From assembly GCA_942492635.1 (NCBI GenBank), contig CALOFP010000001.1, positions 799,039-863,038 on the forward strand: a stretch of 64,000 bases of DNA, written 5' to 3'. A model generated the notes under the pieces. It saw only the letters and a list, made by a program, of their open reading frames with translations. It was not told the origin of the DNA and made no database searches. The stretch is from an uncultured bacterium. Lineage in GTDB: Bacteria > UBP6 > UBA1177 > CALOFP01. Both the position numbers and the translations under genes were made by a program. Positions 9,546 to 20,326 of this stretch are shown piece by piece; position 1 is the first letter of the stretch, and the number at the start of each line of letters is the position of its first letter.

Positions 9546-10928
9546 TCAGTTACTGGGAAAAAAGACAAATGGATACTCGATACTTACCGGACCTTCCTCC
9601 GGTCTCGGGAATCTCCATCGCTTAACAACAGATTTAATACAAGTTGCGACTTTCGGATCCCCTACCGTATCAGCTGTAATTTCTACAAGTTGAACTCTTC
9701 CTCTATCGTTAATCATGAACGTCACAGATATTTTTCCCTTGAGGTTGGGGTTTGCCTTCAGCTGCTTTTCGTAACATCTTCTTATGGCCCTTGTATGCAT
9801 TCTCACGACTTTGTTAACACCTTTTCGATCGATTGTACCTTCAACTTGAGGAACACCGATTTTTGTCTTTGCCACAACTGCCTTCTTCTTGATACCTCCC
9901 TCGATACCGACTTTTGAAGATTTTGCAACTTTAAGGTCGCCTACCTTCTTAGTTTTAACTGCACCGGCATCTCCCTTTCGGCTTCTCTGTCCAGCGCTCG
10001 TAGCGATACCGATCTGTTTCACACCGGATAGTGCCGTATCGATATCCTTATCCTTTCCGCCCTCACCAAGAACGTTCGCTATCACCATACCTTCGCTGCC
10101 TTCTCCGGCAGTTCCGATGAGCTTTAGAAGACCAATTCCGGCAACCTTCTTCTTCATCTGCTCGAGTCTCATGGCCTCTTCCTTTGCTCTGGTTGCCGCA
10201 TCACGAGGCTTTCTTTTTCTGGCGACTTCCTTTCCCGACTCAGGCTTCTTTTCAGCCTCTTTCTTTCTTGCAGCGAGTTTCTTAACTTCACCCTTGACTT
10301 TAGGCGGCTTCTTCTCCTTCTCCTCCACCTTTAGCTCTTCGATTTTCGGAACGATCAATTTAGCAAAACGATTGGATATTTTTTCGATGGGAACGGGTTC
10401 CGGAGCCGGAAGACTCGTAAGCCACGAGAAAAAGATATAACCAAGAACAAAGACAACCGACTGGAGACTTATAAAAGTCCAATCAACCATCTGCGTCCAT
10501 GACCCCTTAATCGATCTAGGCAACTTGAGCTTAGGAGGCCTTGGAGGCGGTGTGATGAACTGAAAAAGTACTATTGCACTTCCTACAGCAATTTTTCCAC
10601 GTGCATCGGCGCTCAAGGGCAGGATAAACGTACGACCCCTCTTGTTGAGGACGCCCTTGTCTATGACTTCCTCGACATCTACAACTTTACCCTTGATGAA
10701 AATTTTACCTGTCATACCTTTCAAAAGTACCAATTCGTATCGTCCGGACTTATAACCGAACAGCGGATATTTATCAGGCAAACTTGACGAAGGCACCACA
10801 AAATGACATTTCGGAGAATCCCCTACATAGATTGTCTCTGGTTTTCTGATGATTTGTTCGTCAAGAATACGACCATTGTAAATAACACCTACTCTCAGTA
10901 CCTTTGTCGCTGGATTGGCTCGTGTCAT
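9546..10928 (-). CDS. TonB-like energy transducer with AgmX/PglI-type C-terminal domain
   Basis: A central TM helix and a Lys/Glu/Pro-rich linker precede a C-terminal TonB_C-like domain (VTFMINDRGRVQLVEI...RWRFP). It follows the exbB-exbD-exbD genes. Confidence 0.6.
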   Translation of the reverse strand: MTRANPATKVLRVGVIYNGRILDEQIIRKPETIYVGDSPKCHFVVPSSSLPDKYPLFGYKSGRYELVLLKGMTGKIFIKGKVVDVEEVIDKGVLNKRGRTFILPLSADARGKIAVGSAIVLFQFITPPPRPPKLKLPRSIKGSWTQMVDWTFISLQSVVFVLGYIFFSWLTSLPAPEPVPIEKISNRFAKLIVPKIEELKVEEKEKKPPKVKGEVKKLAARKKEAEKKPESGKEVARKRKPRDAATRAKEEAMRLEQMKKKVAGIGLLKLIGTAGEGSEGMVIANVLGEGGKDKDIDTALSGVKQIGIATSAGQRSRKGDAGAVKTKKVGDLKVAKSSKVGIEGGIKKKAVVAKTKIGVPQVEGTIDRKGVNKVVRMHTRAIRRCYEKQLKANPNLKGKISVTFMINDRGRVQLVEITADTVGDPKVATCIKSVVKRWRFPRPEEGPVSIEYPFVFFPSN

Positions 10929-10979
10929 TTAAAACCTCTGCTGTAAAAAATACAATACCACTTCCCCAAATAAAAAAAT

Positions 10980-11010
10980 ACGGAGCACTTCACAGTGCTC
11001 CGTACGTCAA
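10980..11010 (-). terminator. intrinsic terminator after exbD (hairpin CGGAGCAC-TGTGAA-GTGCTCCG followed by a T-run on the minus strand)
   Basis: A perfect 8-bp stem with a 6-nt loop is followed by TATTTTTTTATTT when read on the minus strand. Confidence 0.7.
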
Positions 11011-11023
11011 CTCAAATAAACAG

Positions 11024-11620
11024 CTACGATGCCTCATCTCCGGCATAGATTACTGCAAACTTAAATTTTGAAAACTCCGCTTGTCCGGCTGTATACATAA
11101 CCTCCGTCAAAAGTCTGTATGGAGTCTCCTCATCCATAACGATCGTGCACAACCCCTTGAACTCGACCTTAGGATTCATACTGGCAAGACGTCTCTTCTT
11201 TTCTGCCGCATCAAGAAGTACCTTGTTAAGCTGAATCAGAAAATAACTGTCTTCGCCACCCCTCTTCTGTGAAGCATCAACCTTACCGTCTTTCAACTCC
11301 AATCCAGGAATAGCCTTATTGTCGACAATTATCGCTGTTTTTGAAACTGTAACAGAGACTGTTGCCTCAGGCTTCAAAAGTGCATTGGAATTCGGTATCT
11401 GAAGATCGCTACTGGGTTCGATTGTCAGAGGATCCGTAGCGTAACTTTTCAAAAGGAAAACAAGAAGGATGGTAAGAATATCCATGAGGGAGTTGATATT
11501 CAAATCACTAACACCCTCTTCCTCTTTCTTATCCATACGTCCCTTCCGCTTTCTCTTGAGCATCTCCTCTTCGTAGTTCGGAGAAAGATGCTCATACGTT
11601 CTTTTGTCTTCTGCCATCAT
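11024..11620 (-). CDS. exbD: biopolymer transport protein ExbD/TolR
   Basis: It has a single N-terminal TM segment (INSLMDILTILLVFLL) and the ExbD-like periplasmic domain. Confidence 0.8.
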   Translation of the reverse strand: MMAEDKRTYEHLSPNYEEEMLKRKRKGRMDKKEEEGVSDLNINSLMDILTILLVFLLKSYATDPLTIEPSSDLQIPNSNALLKPEATVSVTVSKTAIIVDNKAIPGLELKDGKVDASQKRGGEDSYFLIQLNKVLLDAAEKKRRLASMNPKVEFKGLCTIVMDEETPYRLLTEVMYTAGQAEFSKFKFAVIYAGDEAS

Positions 11621-11632
11621 ACGCTCCTTAGT

Positions 11633-12193
11633 TTAAGCCAAGCCGGCACTCAGGACAACCTCCGGGAAGAGCGGCTGCTTCTTATCGCCGTTCTTGGTCT
11701 CCCTGGCAGCATCCATGACCTGAATGATGTACTTGTACTTTGTGGTAGCTTCAGCCTGGATGATAACCTTCGACTCACCTGGATTCGCATTTTTGATATC
11801 CGAAAGAATCTTCTGCAATCCCGAGTAGTCGTAAACCTTTCCAGGAACATTGTTGCCGGTACTACCCTCCTTAACCTCCTCTTCTCCATCAATCTTCGGC
11901 AGAGTGGGGCCCAGAGGATCATCTTTGTTCTCGATAACCTGATCCCGGGCAAAAACTGTGATACCTCTGTCGGTAAGAGCGATAGTAAGTTTCAACGGCT
12001 TTTCCGAATCTTTCGGAGCAGGTGGAATCGAATCGCTCGGCCCTGCAAGCTGGGGAGTTGAAACATTTATCACTGCAATTTTCACTGCCTCCATTGACGT
12101 CAGAAGGAGCGGAATGAGGATAAGAATAAGGTTCATCGCAGGCTTCAAGTTCAAATCTTGCGACGGTTCAAAACCTTTTCTCTTTCTTGCCAT
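11633..12193 (-). CDS. exbD: biopolymer transport protein ExbD/TolR (second copy)
   Basis: It has an N-terminal TM segment (LNLKPAMNLILILIPLLL) and matches the ExbD family. Confidence 0.8.
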   Translation of the reverse strand: MARKRKGFEPSQDLNLKPAMNLILILIPLLLTSMEAVKIAVINVSTPQLAGPSDSIPPAPKDSEKPLKLTIALTDRGITVFARDQVIENKDDPLGPTLPKIDGEEEVKEGSTGNNVPGKVYDYSGLQKILSDIKNANPGESKVIIQAEATTKYKYIIQVMDAARETKNGDKKQPLFPEVVLSAGLA

Positions 12194-12218
12194 TCTCTAC
12201 CCTCCTAAGTAACTGTGT

Positions 12219-12866
12219 TTATTCCGCACCCTTCTCTGCTCTACTAACAAGAAGGTTAACAAGCTTGACTGAATAGAGATCTATCTCATTAATAATCTTA
12301 GCACAGAATCCCTTAACAATCATGTGAATTACCATTGCGGGAATAGCAACAATAAGTCCGAAACCTGTTGTATTCATCGCGATAGCAATACCGCTTGCGA
12401 GCATTGCGGACTTCTGCTCGGGAGCAGCGTTGGCAACAGCTTCGAAAGCCTGAATAAGACCGAAAATCGTTCCGAGAAGTCCAACGAGTGTAGCCATATT
12501 TCCAACAACGAATATGGTTTCAACAAGTTTTGTGATTTTCGGAGTAACCTCAAGAATCGATTCTTCGATAGCATTCTGAATCTCAAGCTCTCCTCTGTTC
12601 GCTCTGGAAAGACCAGATTTAAGAACCTGCGCAAGAGCCGCATCTCCTGCAGCCGTACAAAGCTTGATGGCCTTGTCAATGTTGTTGGCCATAACAAGCT
12701 TCTGAATCTGCTTCATAAGGTTTGCACCGTTTGTGTTGAACTTGGCGATCAGGAAGAAGAACTTCCAGAAAGCAACACCAAGAACGTAGAGAAAACAGAT
12801 CGCGATGAAATCCATGAAAATGCCGCCATCTCTGTAAAACTGTCCGGCCTTTGCAAAAAATTCCAT
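12219..12866 (-). CDS. exbB: MotA/TolQ/ExbB proton-channel protein
   Basis: It shows a three-TM topology with the conserved C-terminal TM pair (GLLGTIFGLIQAF...TTGFGLIVAIPAM). Confidence 0.85.
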   Translation of the reverse strand: MEFFAKAGQFYRDGGIFMDFIAICFLYVLGVAFWKFFFLIAKFNTNGANLMKQIQKLVMANNIDKAIKLCTAAGDAALAQVLKSGLSRANRGELEIQNAIEESILEVTPKITKLVETIFVVGNMATLVGLLGTIFGLIQAFEAVANAAPEQKSAMLASGIAIAMNTTGFGLIVAIPAMVIHMIVKGFCAKIINEIDLYSVKLVNLLVSRAEKGAE

Positions 12867-12905
12867 GAAACACCTCCATAAAAAAATGAATTCTAAACAG
12901 GAGCC

Positions 12906-13151
12906 TTAAAAAACTCCCTTCTTATAGACACCTTCTTTAATCTTTTTTAAAAAACTGATATCCAGCTTTAAAGTCTGATAGGTGAATCTTGCCCTCGATA
13001 GAAAAAAAATCGCCTCAGGCTTTTGTATCTCACCTTTAATCTTTATCGCTTCAAACTTTATAACCTTTCTTCCCTGCGGAGCACCATACAGATGACCAAT
13101 CGTGAGAAAGAAAAGCATAAATAATATTAAATAACCTTTCATGGCAAACAA
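12906..13151 (-). CDS. small secreted hypothetical protein
   Basis: The ORF has a signal-like N-terminus and sits between exbB and the TPR genes. Confidence 0.3.
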   Translation of the reverse strand: MFAMKGYLILFMLFFLTIGHLYGAPQGRKVIKFEAIKIKGEIQKPEAIFFLSRARFTYQTLKLDISFLKKIKEGVYKKGVF

Positions 13152-13230
13152 ACTTCTATTTGTACAACATTAAAAATAACGATTTCATCGTAGTAAATCA
13201 ACTTTTTTACCTATTTTTTTCCAAAGTAAA

Positions 13231-14700
13231 TCAATTATCATCATCGTTTGAAGTGTTGTCTTTTTCTTCTATTCTTTGAGATGAAGTTCCGGGCAAGCTG
13301 GAATCTTCATCCGTTGACTCCGATGGAACATCAGCTTCTGCATCACTGTCGACCATCTTTTCAGCGTCCCTTCTTTTCAGCTCATCAAATGCCTTTGCCT
13401 CTTCTTCAGCGGCACGCCTTTTTGCTTCCATACGAGCCCTCATCTTGTTAATTCTGACGAGCTTCTTCTTTTCAATACCGGCTTCCTTGATGTATCCCCG
13501 AACCTTCTTAATCTCATCTCTATCTCTTTTAGGGACCAATTTCAAGTACTTTTCAAAGTAGGATATCGACAGGTCAAACCTTTCCGGCTTCTGATCCCCA
13601 TCCACATCAGAATCCAGATAAAGTATTGCCGTATTGTAGTAAACCGACTTCAGCAAATCTATGGGAAGATCCTTTGTGCCTTCAATTTCAGACAGCAACT
13701 TCCTCGCCTCCTTGAATTTTGCAAGCCCTTTCATGGCAATAGCGAGGTTAATCTTTGCGGCATGAAAATCGGGAGCAATACCCAGAGAAAATTCCAGCTC
13801 GTTCTTTGCTATCTCAAAAGATTCAATCTCCATGGCGAGAACGGCCAGCATATTACTTACCTCCGGCAGTTCGGGATTCAATCTTTTGGCCTTCTGGAAA
13901 TGATCAGTCGCCGCCGCAGTCTTTCCCTCCCTGTAGGAAAGAAACCCCATCATACGTTGAAGCCTGAAGTTGTTTTCATCAATCTTTTCTGCAGTAGAGA
14001 AAATCATTCCGGCCAGTTCGAACATCTCCTTATGATAGTAGGCTGTTCCCATGTTTACCATTGCATCAACATTCTGCTCATCGTTTTTCAATGCACTTTT
14101 GGCAAAAAGAATTGCTTCATCATAATTTTTTAATTTCAAACTGAGCCATGAAAAGAAATTGGACTTCACGACCTCATCTGGATAGTCCTTCATCAGGGTA
14201 ACATAAAAATCCTTCTTGAATTTCTTTTCTTTCAGATCGATAGCCGCAAAATTGTAGAGGGGTTCAACAAAACTCTTCTCCAGCTCGAAACTTTTCAGAT
14301 ACCACCTCTTACTTTCAGAAATTTTACCTTCACGCTGGTAGCAAAGAGCAACATTGTAGGCGATCCTTGCATTTAGATCATCTTTTTCAAAAGCCTTTTC
14401 CCAGGAGTCAATTGCCTTTCCGCACCCCTCAGAGAAGTAGGATTCCACTCCGACAACAAAACCTCTTCTGGCGGGCCCGACATATTTCAAACCATCATAG
14501 GATTTCCGGACAACCTCTCCAGACTTCTCTTCAACGTCCTTTCCTTTCTCGGCAGAAACTGGCTGATCGACATCACTTTCCTCTTGAACCACCTCATCAA
14601 ACCCACCTTCTTCAACTCGCGTTTTTCTAAGGGAACTCTTCGCAGGTCCGCAAGAAAGAGCAAAAAATATCACCATAAAGAGACTAAATAAACGCATCAT
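13231..14700 (-). CDS. TPR-repeat protein
   Basis: It has a signal peptide and multiple TPR-like helical repeats. It overlaps the upstream gene by 4 nt, which suggests translational coupling. Confidence 0.7.
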   Translation of the reverse strand: MMRLFSLFMVIFFALSCGPAKSSLRKTRVEEGGFDEVVQEESDVDQPVSAEKGKDVEEKSGEVVRKSYDGLKYVGPARRGFVVGVESYFSEGCGKAIDSWEKAFEKDDLNARIAYNVALCYQREGKISESKRWYLKSFELEKSFVEPLYNFAAIDLKEKKFKKDFYVTLMKDYPDEVVKSNFFSWLSLKLKNYDEAILFAKSALKNDEQNVDAMVNMGTAYYHKEMFELAGMIFSTAEKIDENNFRLQRMMGFLSYREGKTAAATDHFQKAKRLNPELPEVSNMLAVLAMEIESFEIAKNELEFSLGIAPDFHAAKINLAIAMKGLAKFKEARKLLSEIEGTKDLPIDLLKSVYYNTAILYLDSDVDGDQKPERFDLSISYFEKYLKLVPKRDRDEIKKVRGYIKEAGIEKKKLVRINKMRARMEAKRRAAEEEAKAFDELKRRDAEKMVDSDAEADVPSESTDEDSSLPGTSSQRIEEKDNTSNDDDN

Positions 14701-17700
14701 TTATCATTCTCGCTTTTTTCTTCAAGCGGCGCCTTCTGCTCCTGTGGCTCAGGCTCCTGTTTCTTCTTATTCTCTTCAATTTTCTTAATTCCCGATTTTG
14801 TATATGCCTTTTTCTCACTCTTATCGAGGGATAACAGCACAGGATAACCGGTTTCCCTTGCTACATCCAAAGCAAACAGCGATTTTTTACCGACTTTATA
14901 TTCGTCAGGTCTGAGTGTAGACAACTTTTCAATTATCAGCTGTGTCCATTTGTTAAAAATCTTCTGCTCCCTGGCGTTTTCAAGAGTCCTGACATACATG
15001 TTTACAGCCTTCTCCTCAAGAGGAGCAACCTGCTCCTGAATCATCTGCTCATAAATCACAGCCTCTTCTTCGCTCAACTCGGGAGGAATCGGAGCGTTGT
15101 AGAGTTTATCAGCGAACAACTGAACCAGACTAGCCCGTCGATAGAGAGAAGCAAAGGACCATTCAGCCACCTTGAACTGGAGAACCTCCTTGTACTTTTC
15201 ATCAAGACTCTTCATCGCCTCACTGATCGATTTCAAGGATTCTCCAAGCTTTTTCACATCTTTTCCAGCGATCTTCATCTTCTCGTAATCAGTATAGTCA
15301 TCCTCCAGCAGTTTGAACTTTGCCTCGGCAGCATAGAGCAGGCCTTCACCTTCAGCAATTTTCTTTTCAGTAAAATAGTCTATAGTTGCCCTGTAGTTTT
15401 TCATTGCCACGTTCCATCTGTTCAACTCCTTCTCATTCAACTGCGCAATTCTGTTGTAAGAACGCATCACGAGGTGGAACGTATCGGGATCGTTCCTGAA
15501 GGCTTTTATAAAGCGGAGATATCTCTTAATGGCTCCCTGCCAGTCCTTCGCCTTTTCGTACATGAGAGCGGAACGATAAAGAGCTTCCTTACCGTCAGAC
15601 TCCTCACTCTTCTCCTTGTAGTACATGTAGTAGTTGACAGATGCGGGCCGGTAACGCTTCAAGTTCTCCTTTATGAATCCGGCATTGTAAATAGCTGCAG
15701 CCCGGTTTTTGTCTGCAGGGTACTTTTTGTAAAGTCTTTCGTAGGCATCAACGGCTTTATCGAAATCATAGCTGTTTTCGGCATTGTAGGCTACAAGGTA
15801 GAGAGACTGGGGTGCAAGGTCAGAGTAGGGATACTCTTTGAAGACCCTTTCGTGCAGCTTAAGCGCCGAGTCGAAGAGAAGTCCCTTCTGATATGCAACA
15901 GCTGCATTGTAGAGAGCAATATCCGCCTTCTCCGTGTAGGGATTCTCTTCAACAACCCGGAGAAACTCCTCGGCAGCCTCCTTATACTTGTTTTCCGACT
16001 GGAGCTGCTCCGCATAGTTGAAAAGGGCGCCCATACGATAGGTCTTGAATTCGGAAACAGCCTTCGCAGACTCCTCCTTCTTCAGCGACAACCTGTCGGT
16101 CAACAATTTCGACCACTTAGCAACATTTACCCAATCCTTCTTCTCGTTGTATGCGGCAATGATGTCCCTTGCGGAATTAAATGCCAGTTCGGATGTCGGA
16201 AACTCGTTTATTATCTGGAGATAACGTCTCTCCGCCTCTTCAAACTTTCCGTGATTGTAGAATATTCTTGCAACCTGGTAGGAGAAGGCTGCACGCTCGG
16301 GATCGTCCTTTGATATCTTGAGAAAGACATCCGTTGATTCGATCAACTTTTCTTCAAGCTTGGAAAAAGGTTTTCCCGACAACTCCTGAGCAGACATGGT
16401 ACTTTCGGATGAACGGGTCCAGAGGGTGTAGTAGGACCTGAAAGTTGCATCCGCAGCATCCTTTCTGAATTTGTCCTGATTCTTATCATCCCTGATCCTC
16501 TCGAAAACAACAACGGCCTTTTCAATATCTCCTGATTCGTATAGTGAATCGGCAAGATACCAACTTATATCGTAACTTTCTGAAGTGTACGGATATTTAT
16601 CCAGATACTCCATGTAGGAAAGAGCGGCGAGGCGATATTCGTCCTTGGCCTTTTCGAGCTCGCTCTTCTCCTTCTCTCTCTCCGCTCTCCTGTGGTGGAA
16701 GCTTGCAGCTGCAAGAAGGGCGTCTTTCGTCTGCTCCGATGCGAATTTGAGGGCCGATACATTATTTCTGTTCGCCTGAGCCCATTCGCTTTCAGATGAG
16801 TACTTTCTCGAAAAAACTTCCATCTCCATAAATGCCTTATCAAGTTCACGAGCCTTGTTAAGGGACTGTATTAAACTAAAATGAATTTTCGGTGAATTCT
16901 CATAGAGAGGATGCCTGTCCAGAATAAAGCGGTATGCCTTTTCAGCCTGTGCGTAGCTGCTGTTCTCCTGGTAGAACTTTCCAAGCTTCTCAAAAACATC
17001 GATTTCAAAGGTTGCGCCCTCTATGGAGTTGAAGTAGTCTATGGCCTTTTCAACGCTTCCCCACTCCTCGTCGGAAAATGAGATGGCGATATACTGAACA
17101 GCTTCCTTTCTAAGATCCTGTCCTCTCTCCTCTCCCTTTGCCTTCATCCTGTCGGCGAACTGAATGAGGTCGGTAAAAATTGACACGGCATCTTCAAACT
17201 TGTTCTGTCTGTAGTAGGTCCAGGCAAGCTTGTACATCACCTTATCGTAAAAGTTACTCTCCCTGTACTTGATACCCTTGTTGAAGTATGCGAGAGCCCT
17301 GTCCAGGTTGTTGGCATTGAAGTAGTACTCTCCTATCCTGTAGTAAACCTCTATAAGGAATTTTTCATCTATACTGTTCAGGATATCCTCATTTTCCACA
17401 ATCGTTGTCCAGATACCGACGGCCCTGTCCTGCTGATTGGATGCATCAAGACAAAATCCCAGCATGTAGTAGGCTCCGCCCACATATCTGAAGGAGGGAA
17501 AACGATCGACAATTCCCTGATAGAGCGCTATGGAGTCAGCGTAGTTTACGGCGGGAATTTCGGGCTCCTTCTTTATCTGTCCACTTTCAAACAGTTCAAT
17601 GCGTTTTTCGTACTCCGCCATTCTGCTCTCATGCCTCAGAATAGAGCGCTCGTAATAAAGCTCAGCAAGCCTATACATCGCGCTGGGAGTAAATGTCTCG

Positions 17701-18038
17701 GAATTAGGATACTTTTTTATAAATCCTTCGAAGAGGACAATGGCATCGTTGCGATTTGAACTCTCGTTTTCAAGTTCTGTCCTGATTACATTTGCATATT
17801 TCAACTCAATTAAGCGCTTTTTCTCCTCAACGTTACGCTTCATGAGAGCCTGTATCTCTTCCCGGTACTTTTTTACAAGCATCTCATAGCGAAGTGTCTG
17901 TCGTTCCAAATAGCCTTTGTCAAACTCTTCGGAATCAACCAAAACCGAATCCTCACCTATCGGCTCTGTATCGGCTTCAGCAGACAGCATCATTGGAATA
18001 AAGCAGATAATAGACATTAGGGACCAGAAACATTTCAT
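14697..18038 (-). CDS. large TPR-repeat protein (1113 aa)
   Basis: It has an N-terminal signal or TM segment and dozens of TPR-like repeats (W/Y-rich AxxY patterns). It ends in a Lys/Glu-rich tail. Confidence 0.7.
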   Translation of the reverse strand: MKCFWSLMSIICFIPMMLSAEADTEPIGEDSVLVDSEEFDKGYLERQTLRYEMLVKKYREEIQALMKRNVEEKKRLIELKYANVIRTELENESSNRNDAIVLFEGFIKKYPNSETFTPSAMYRLAELYYERSILRHESRMAEYEKRIELFESGQIKKEPEIPAVNYADSIALYQGIVDRFPSFRYVGGAYYMLGFCLDASNQQDRAVGIWTTIVENEDILNSIDEKFLIEVYYRIGEYYFNANNLDRALAYFNKGIKYRESNFYDKVMYKLAWTYYRQNKFEDAVSIFTDLIQFADRMKAKGEERGQDLRKEAVQYIAISFSDEEWGSVEKAIDYFNSIEGATFEIDVFEKLGKFYQENSSYAQAEKAYRFILDRHPLYENSPKIHFSLIQSLNKARELDKAFMEMEVFSRKYSSESEWAQANRNNVSALKFASEQTKDALLAAASFHHRRAEREKEKSELEKAKDEYRLAALSYMEYLDKYPYTSESYDISWYLADSLYESGDIEKAVVVFERIRDDKNQDKFRKDAADATFRSYYTLWTRSSESTMSAQELSGKPFSKLEEKLIESTDVFLKISKDDPERAAFSYQVARIFYNHGKFEEAERRYLQIINEFPTSELAFNSARDIIAAYNEKKDWVNVAKWSKLLTDRLSLKKEESAKAVSEFKTYRMGALFNYAEQLQSENKYKEAAEEFLRVVEENPYTEKADIALYNAAVAYQKGLLFDSALKLHERVFKEYPYSDLAPQSLYLVAYNAENSYDFDKAVDAYERLYKKYPADKNRAAAIYNAGFIKENLKRYRPASVNYYMYYKEKSEESDGKEALYRSALMYEKAKDWQGAIKRYLRFIKAFRNDPDTFHLVMRSYNRIAQLNEKELNRWNVAMKNYRATIDYFTEKKIAEGEGLLYAAEAKFKLLEDDYTDYEKMKIAGKDVKKLGESLKSISEAMKSLDEKYKEVLQFKVAEWSFASLYRRASLVQLFADKLYNAPIPPELSEEEAVIYEQMIQEQVAPLEEKAVNMYVRTLENAREQKIFNKWTQLIIEKLSTLRPDEYKVGKKSLFALDVARETGYPVLLSLDKSEKKAYTKSGIKKIEENKKKQEPEPQEQKAPLEEKSENDK

Positions 18039-20326
18039 TCGATACTCTCCAGGTTCCGGTAAAGGGATTGAATCTCTTTCGCCATTTCACTGCGATACTT
18101 CCTGAGTTTTTTGGAAGCGGCCTCCTTTTTCTCCCAAGCCACATCTATGATCCCGAGATCAGCCTGGAGCACAACATCGGTAAACCGTTTTTTCACAGCT
18201 GCAACGTTGGACACCATGGCAAGGGAAGTAAGTTCATTAACCTCCCTTTTCAACACAAGTATCTGACTCTTATACTCATTAATCCGGATAACTTCCTGTT
18301 CGTAGGAGATCCTGACATCTCTCACAAGCTCCTTAACGATATCGTTCAACTTAAACTGAAAACGGGATATCCGACCATCCAACTCTTCTATTTTTCCAGT
18401 AGTTCTTTCAATATCGAAGATCAACTCAACATTTCTCTCCCCAGATCCACCAAGGATGGAGGAGAGCTGTTCGATGACGCTCTTGTAGCGATTGCGCACC
18501 AGTATCATTCGAGTAACCATCTCTCCGCCGAGAAGCAGCCTGTTCTTCTCGTTTTCGATTTCAGATTTGTACTGCCTCATCGTGTTGAGCATGGCTTCCA
18601 GAGATTTTTTTTCCGTCTCGATCTCAGCTATAAGCGACCTGTTGGATTCGCCCTCCCTTTTCTTTTCCTTAACGTAGTAAGCATTTATAGCCTGAATTTG
18701 AGCAGATGCATTGGAAATTTCAAGAGAAAGCCTATGAAGCTCCCCTTCGATTTTCACTATTCTTTCCGCATACCTGGCTGTCTGCTCCTTAAATTCGCCC
18801 CCCGTCAACGGCATGGTATCAATCTCCTTCTCAAGCTTGCTCTTTTCCCTCTCAAGATTGAGATACCGTTGCTTCTCTTTTTCACTCAAGCCTGACCAAC
18901 CCAGATCTTTTCTCATTTTCAACAGACGATTTCTGTGGTTTGCAAGCCTGTTCTGAAGAGCCACAGAAAGTTCTGTTCCCTCCTTCAGAGGAGGAAAAAC
19001 CGCGGCGGCATTCCTGCTTAAGATAACCGATGAAAGCTTGCTCTCGATCTGGCGAATTGTACCGAGCTCCTTTTCCATCTTTCCCACCTCCTTCTGAAGA
19101 AGCAGGGCGTGATCAAAATTACGATTCTTTTTAAGAAGTGATTTCACGACGGGTGAAAAAAGAGAAAAGGATTTATCATCAACCATTGTTTTGAGGAAAC
19201 TGCCTGACTTTCTTCTATCGGAGAGATTTGATATCTGCTCCATGACTTCACCGTACTTTTTTACCGTACCGTCAAAGGCAACCATGGCCTCACCGTACCG
19301 TTTCATTTTGATCAGAAGATTTCCCTCCAGAAGATCTACTCTCGGGGCAAAGGTGGAGTCGGGTGCAATAAGCTTCAAAAGCCTTAAAGTATCAAGAGCC
19401 TTCCCATCCTCGCCCCTCTTTATGTAGGTCCAGCACAATTCGAAGTAACCCTCCAGAAAATAGTCCGATTTTCTACTGAGACGCAGGTAGTAGTCTGTTG
19501 CCTGAATAAAGTCATTTCTCTCAAAGTAGATTCTGGCCAACGCAAGCCTTGAAAGGTCCCGTATCTTACTGAACTGAAAATAGTCCGGTTTTTCCGGGGT
19601 TGAAATTATCTTTTTCAGGAGATTCTCAGCACCGTCAAAATCTCCCCCCTCAATCCTGATAACACTCATGAAGTAGAGACTCTGAAGATAGTAACGGCTC
19701 TTTTCGCCAAGGGTTTGAAAAATGTCGTAGGCCTCATCCATTTGCCTGTCGAAAAAAAGCGCCTTCCCGAGATAGTAGATCAGCTCTTTGTCATTGGAAA
19801 TATCGTATCCTATGCCTATAAATTCAGCGTAGTAATTCTTCGCTCTGGAATACTCTCCCAGATGGTAGGCCGATGCGATAAGTCTCTTGAGAGAGTCGAC
19901 CTGGAATCGTGTGTTCGGACGTGCGGCCAGGAGCATCTCATAGTATCTCGAAGCCGAAATGTAGTTGCGCCCCTGATAGAGAGACTCGGCAAGCATGAAG
20001 AGTGCCTCTTCCCATACAAAATCCCTCTCTGAACGATTTGCGAATATGGAGTAGTAGATGCCACCGGCAACAGAATAGTCCCTCTTGTCAAAAAAGTATC
20101 GACCCTTCTTCAATCTCTGGGAATAGGACTCTCTGTCTCTCTTCTTCTTGACTACAAGAGGAGATAGAAATCTTTTCTCGGCAGAAATAAATATCGCCTC
20201 CACCTCTTCGACATCCCTTTCGACCGATTTCACGGAAGCGAACTCCCCATTCCCGGATTGAGCACAAACCCCGGATGCGATCAGAATGGAGAAAGAAAGC
20301 AGGAGCCACTTAGTTGTTGGAGACAT
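18035..20326 (-). CDS. TPR plus coiled-coil protein (763 aa)
   Basis: It has a signal peptide, N-terminal TPR repeats and a C-terminal half with extended coiled-coil heptads. There is a 4-nt overlap with the downstream gene. Confidence 0.65.
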   Translation of the reverse strand: MSPTTKWLLLSFSILIASGVCAQSGNGEFASVKSVERDVEEVEAIFISAEKRFLSPLVVKKKRDRESYSQRLKKGRYFFDKRDYSVAGGIYYSIFANRSERDFVWEEALFMLAESLYQGRNYISASRYYEMLLAARPNTRFQVDSLKRLIASAYHLGEYSRAKNYYAEFIGIGYDISNDKELIYYLGKALFFDRQMDEAYDIFQTLGEKSRYYLQSLYFMSVIRIEGGDFDGAENLLKKIISTPEKPDYFQFSKIRDLSRLALARIYFERNDFIQATDYYLRLSRKSDYFLEGYFELCWTYIKRGEDGKALDTLRLLKLIAPDSTFAPRVDLLEGNLLIKMKRYGEAMVAFDGTVKKYGEVMEQISNLSDRRKSGSFLKTMVDDKSFSLFSPVVKSLLKKNRNFDHALLLQKEVGKMEKELGTIRQIESKLSSVILSRNAAAVFPPLKEGTELSVALQNRLANHRNRLLKMRKDLGWSGLSEKEKQRYLNLEREKSKLEKEIDTMPLTGGEFKEQTARYAERIVKIEGELHRLSLEISNASAQIQAINAYYVKEKKREGESNRSLIAEIETEKKSLEAMLNTMRQYKSEIENEKNRLLLGGEMVTRMILVRNRYKSVIEQLSSILGGSGERNVELIFDIERTTGKIEELDGRISRFQFKLNDIVKELVRDVRISYEQEVIRINEYKSQILVLKREVNELTSLAMVSNVAAVKKRFTDVVLQADLGIIDVAWEKKEAASKKLRKYRSEMAKEIQSLYRNLESIE

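Noticed and set aside
15474-16313. 279-aa plus-strand ORF
   Set aside because: It lies entirely inside the 1113-aa TPR gene on the other strand and has hydrophobic low-complexity translation, so it is a shadow frame. The same applies to 18068..18895, 23996..25075, 29108..29701, 33206..33898 and 50646..51125.
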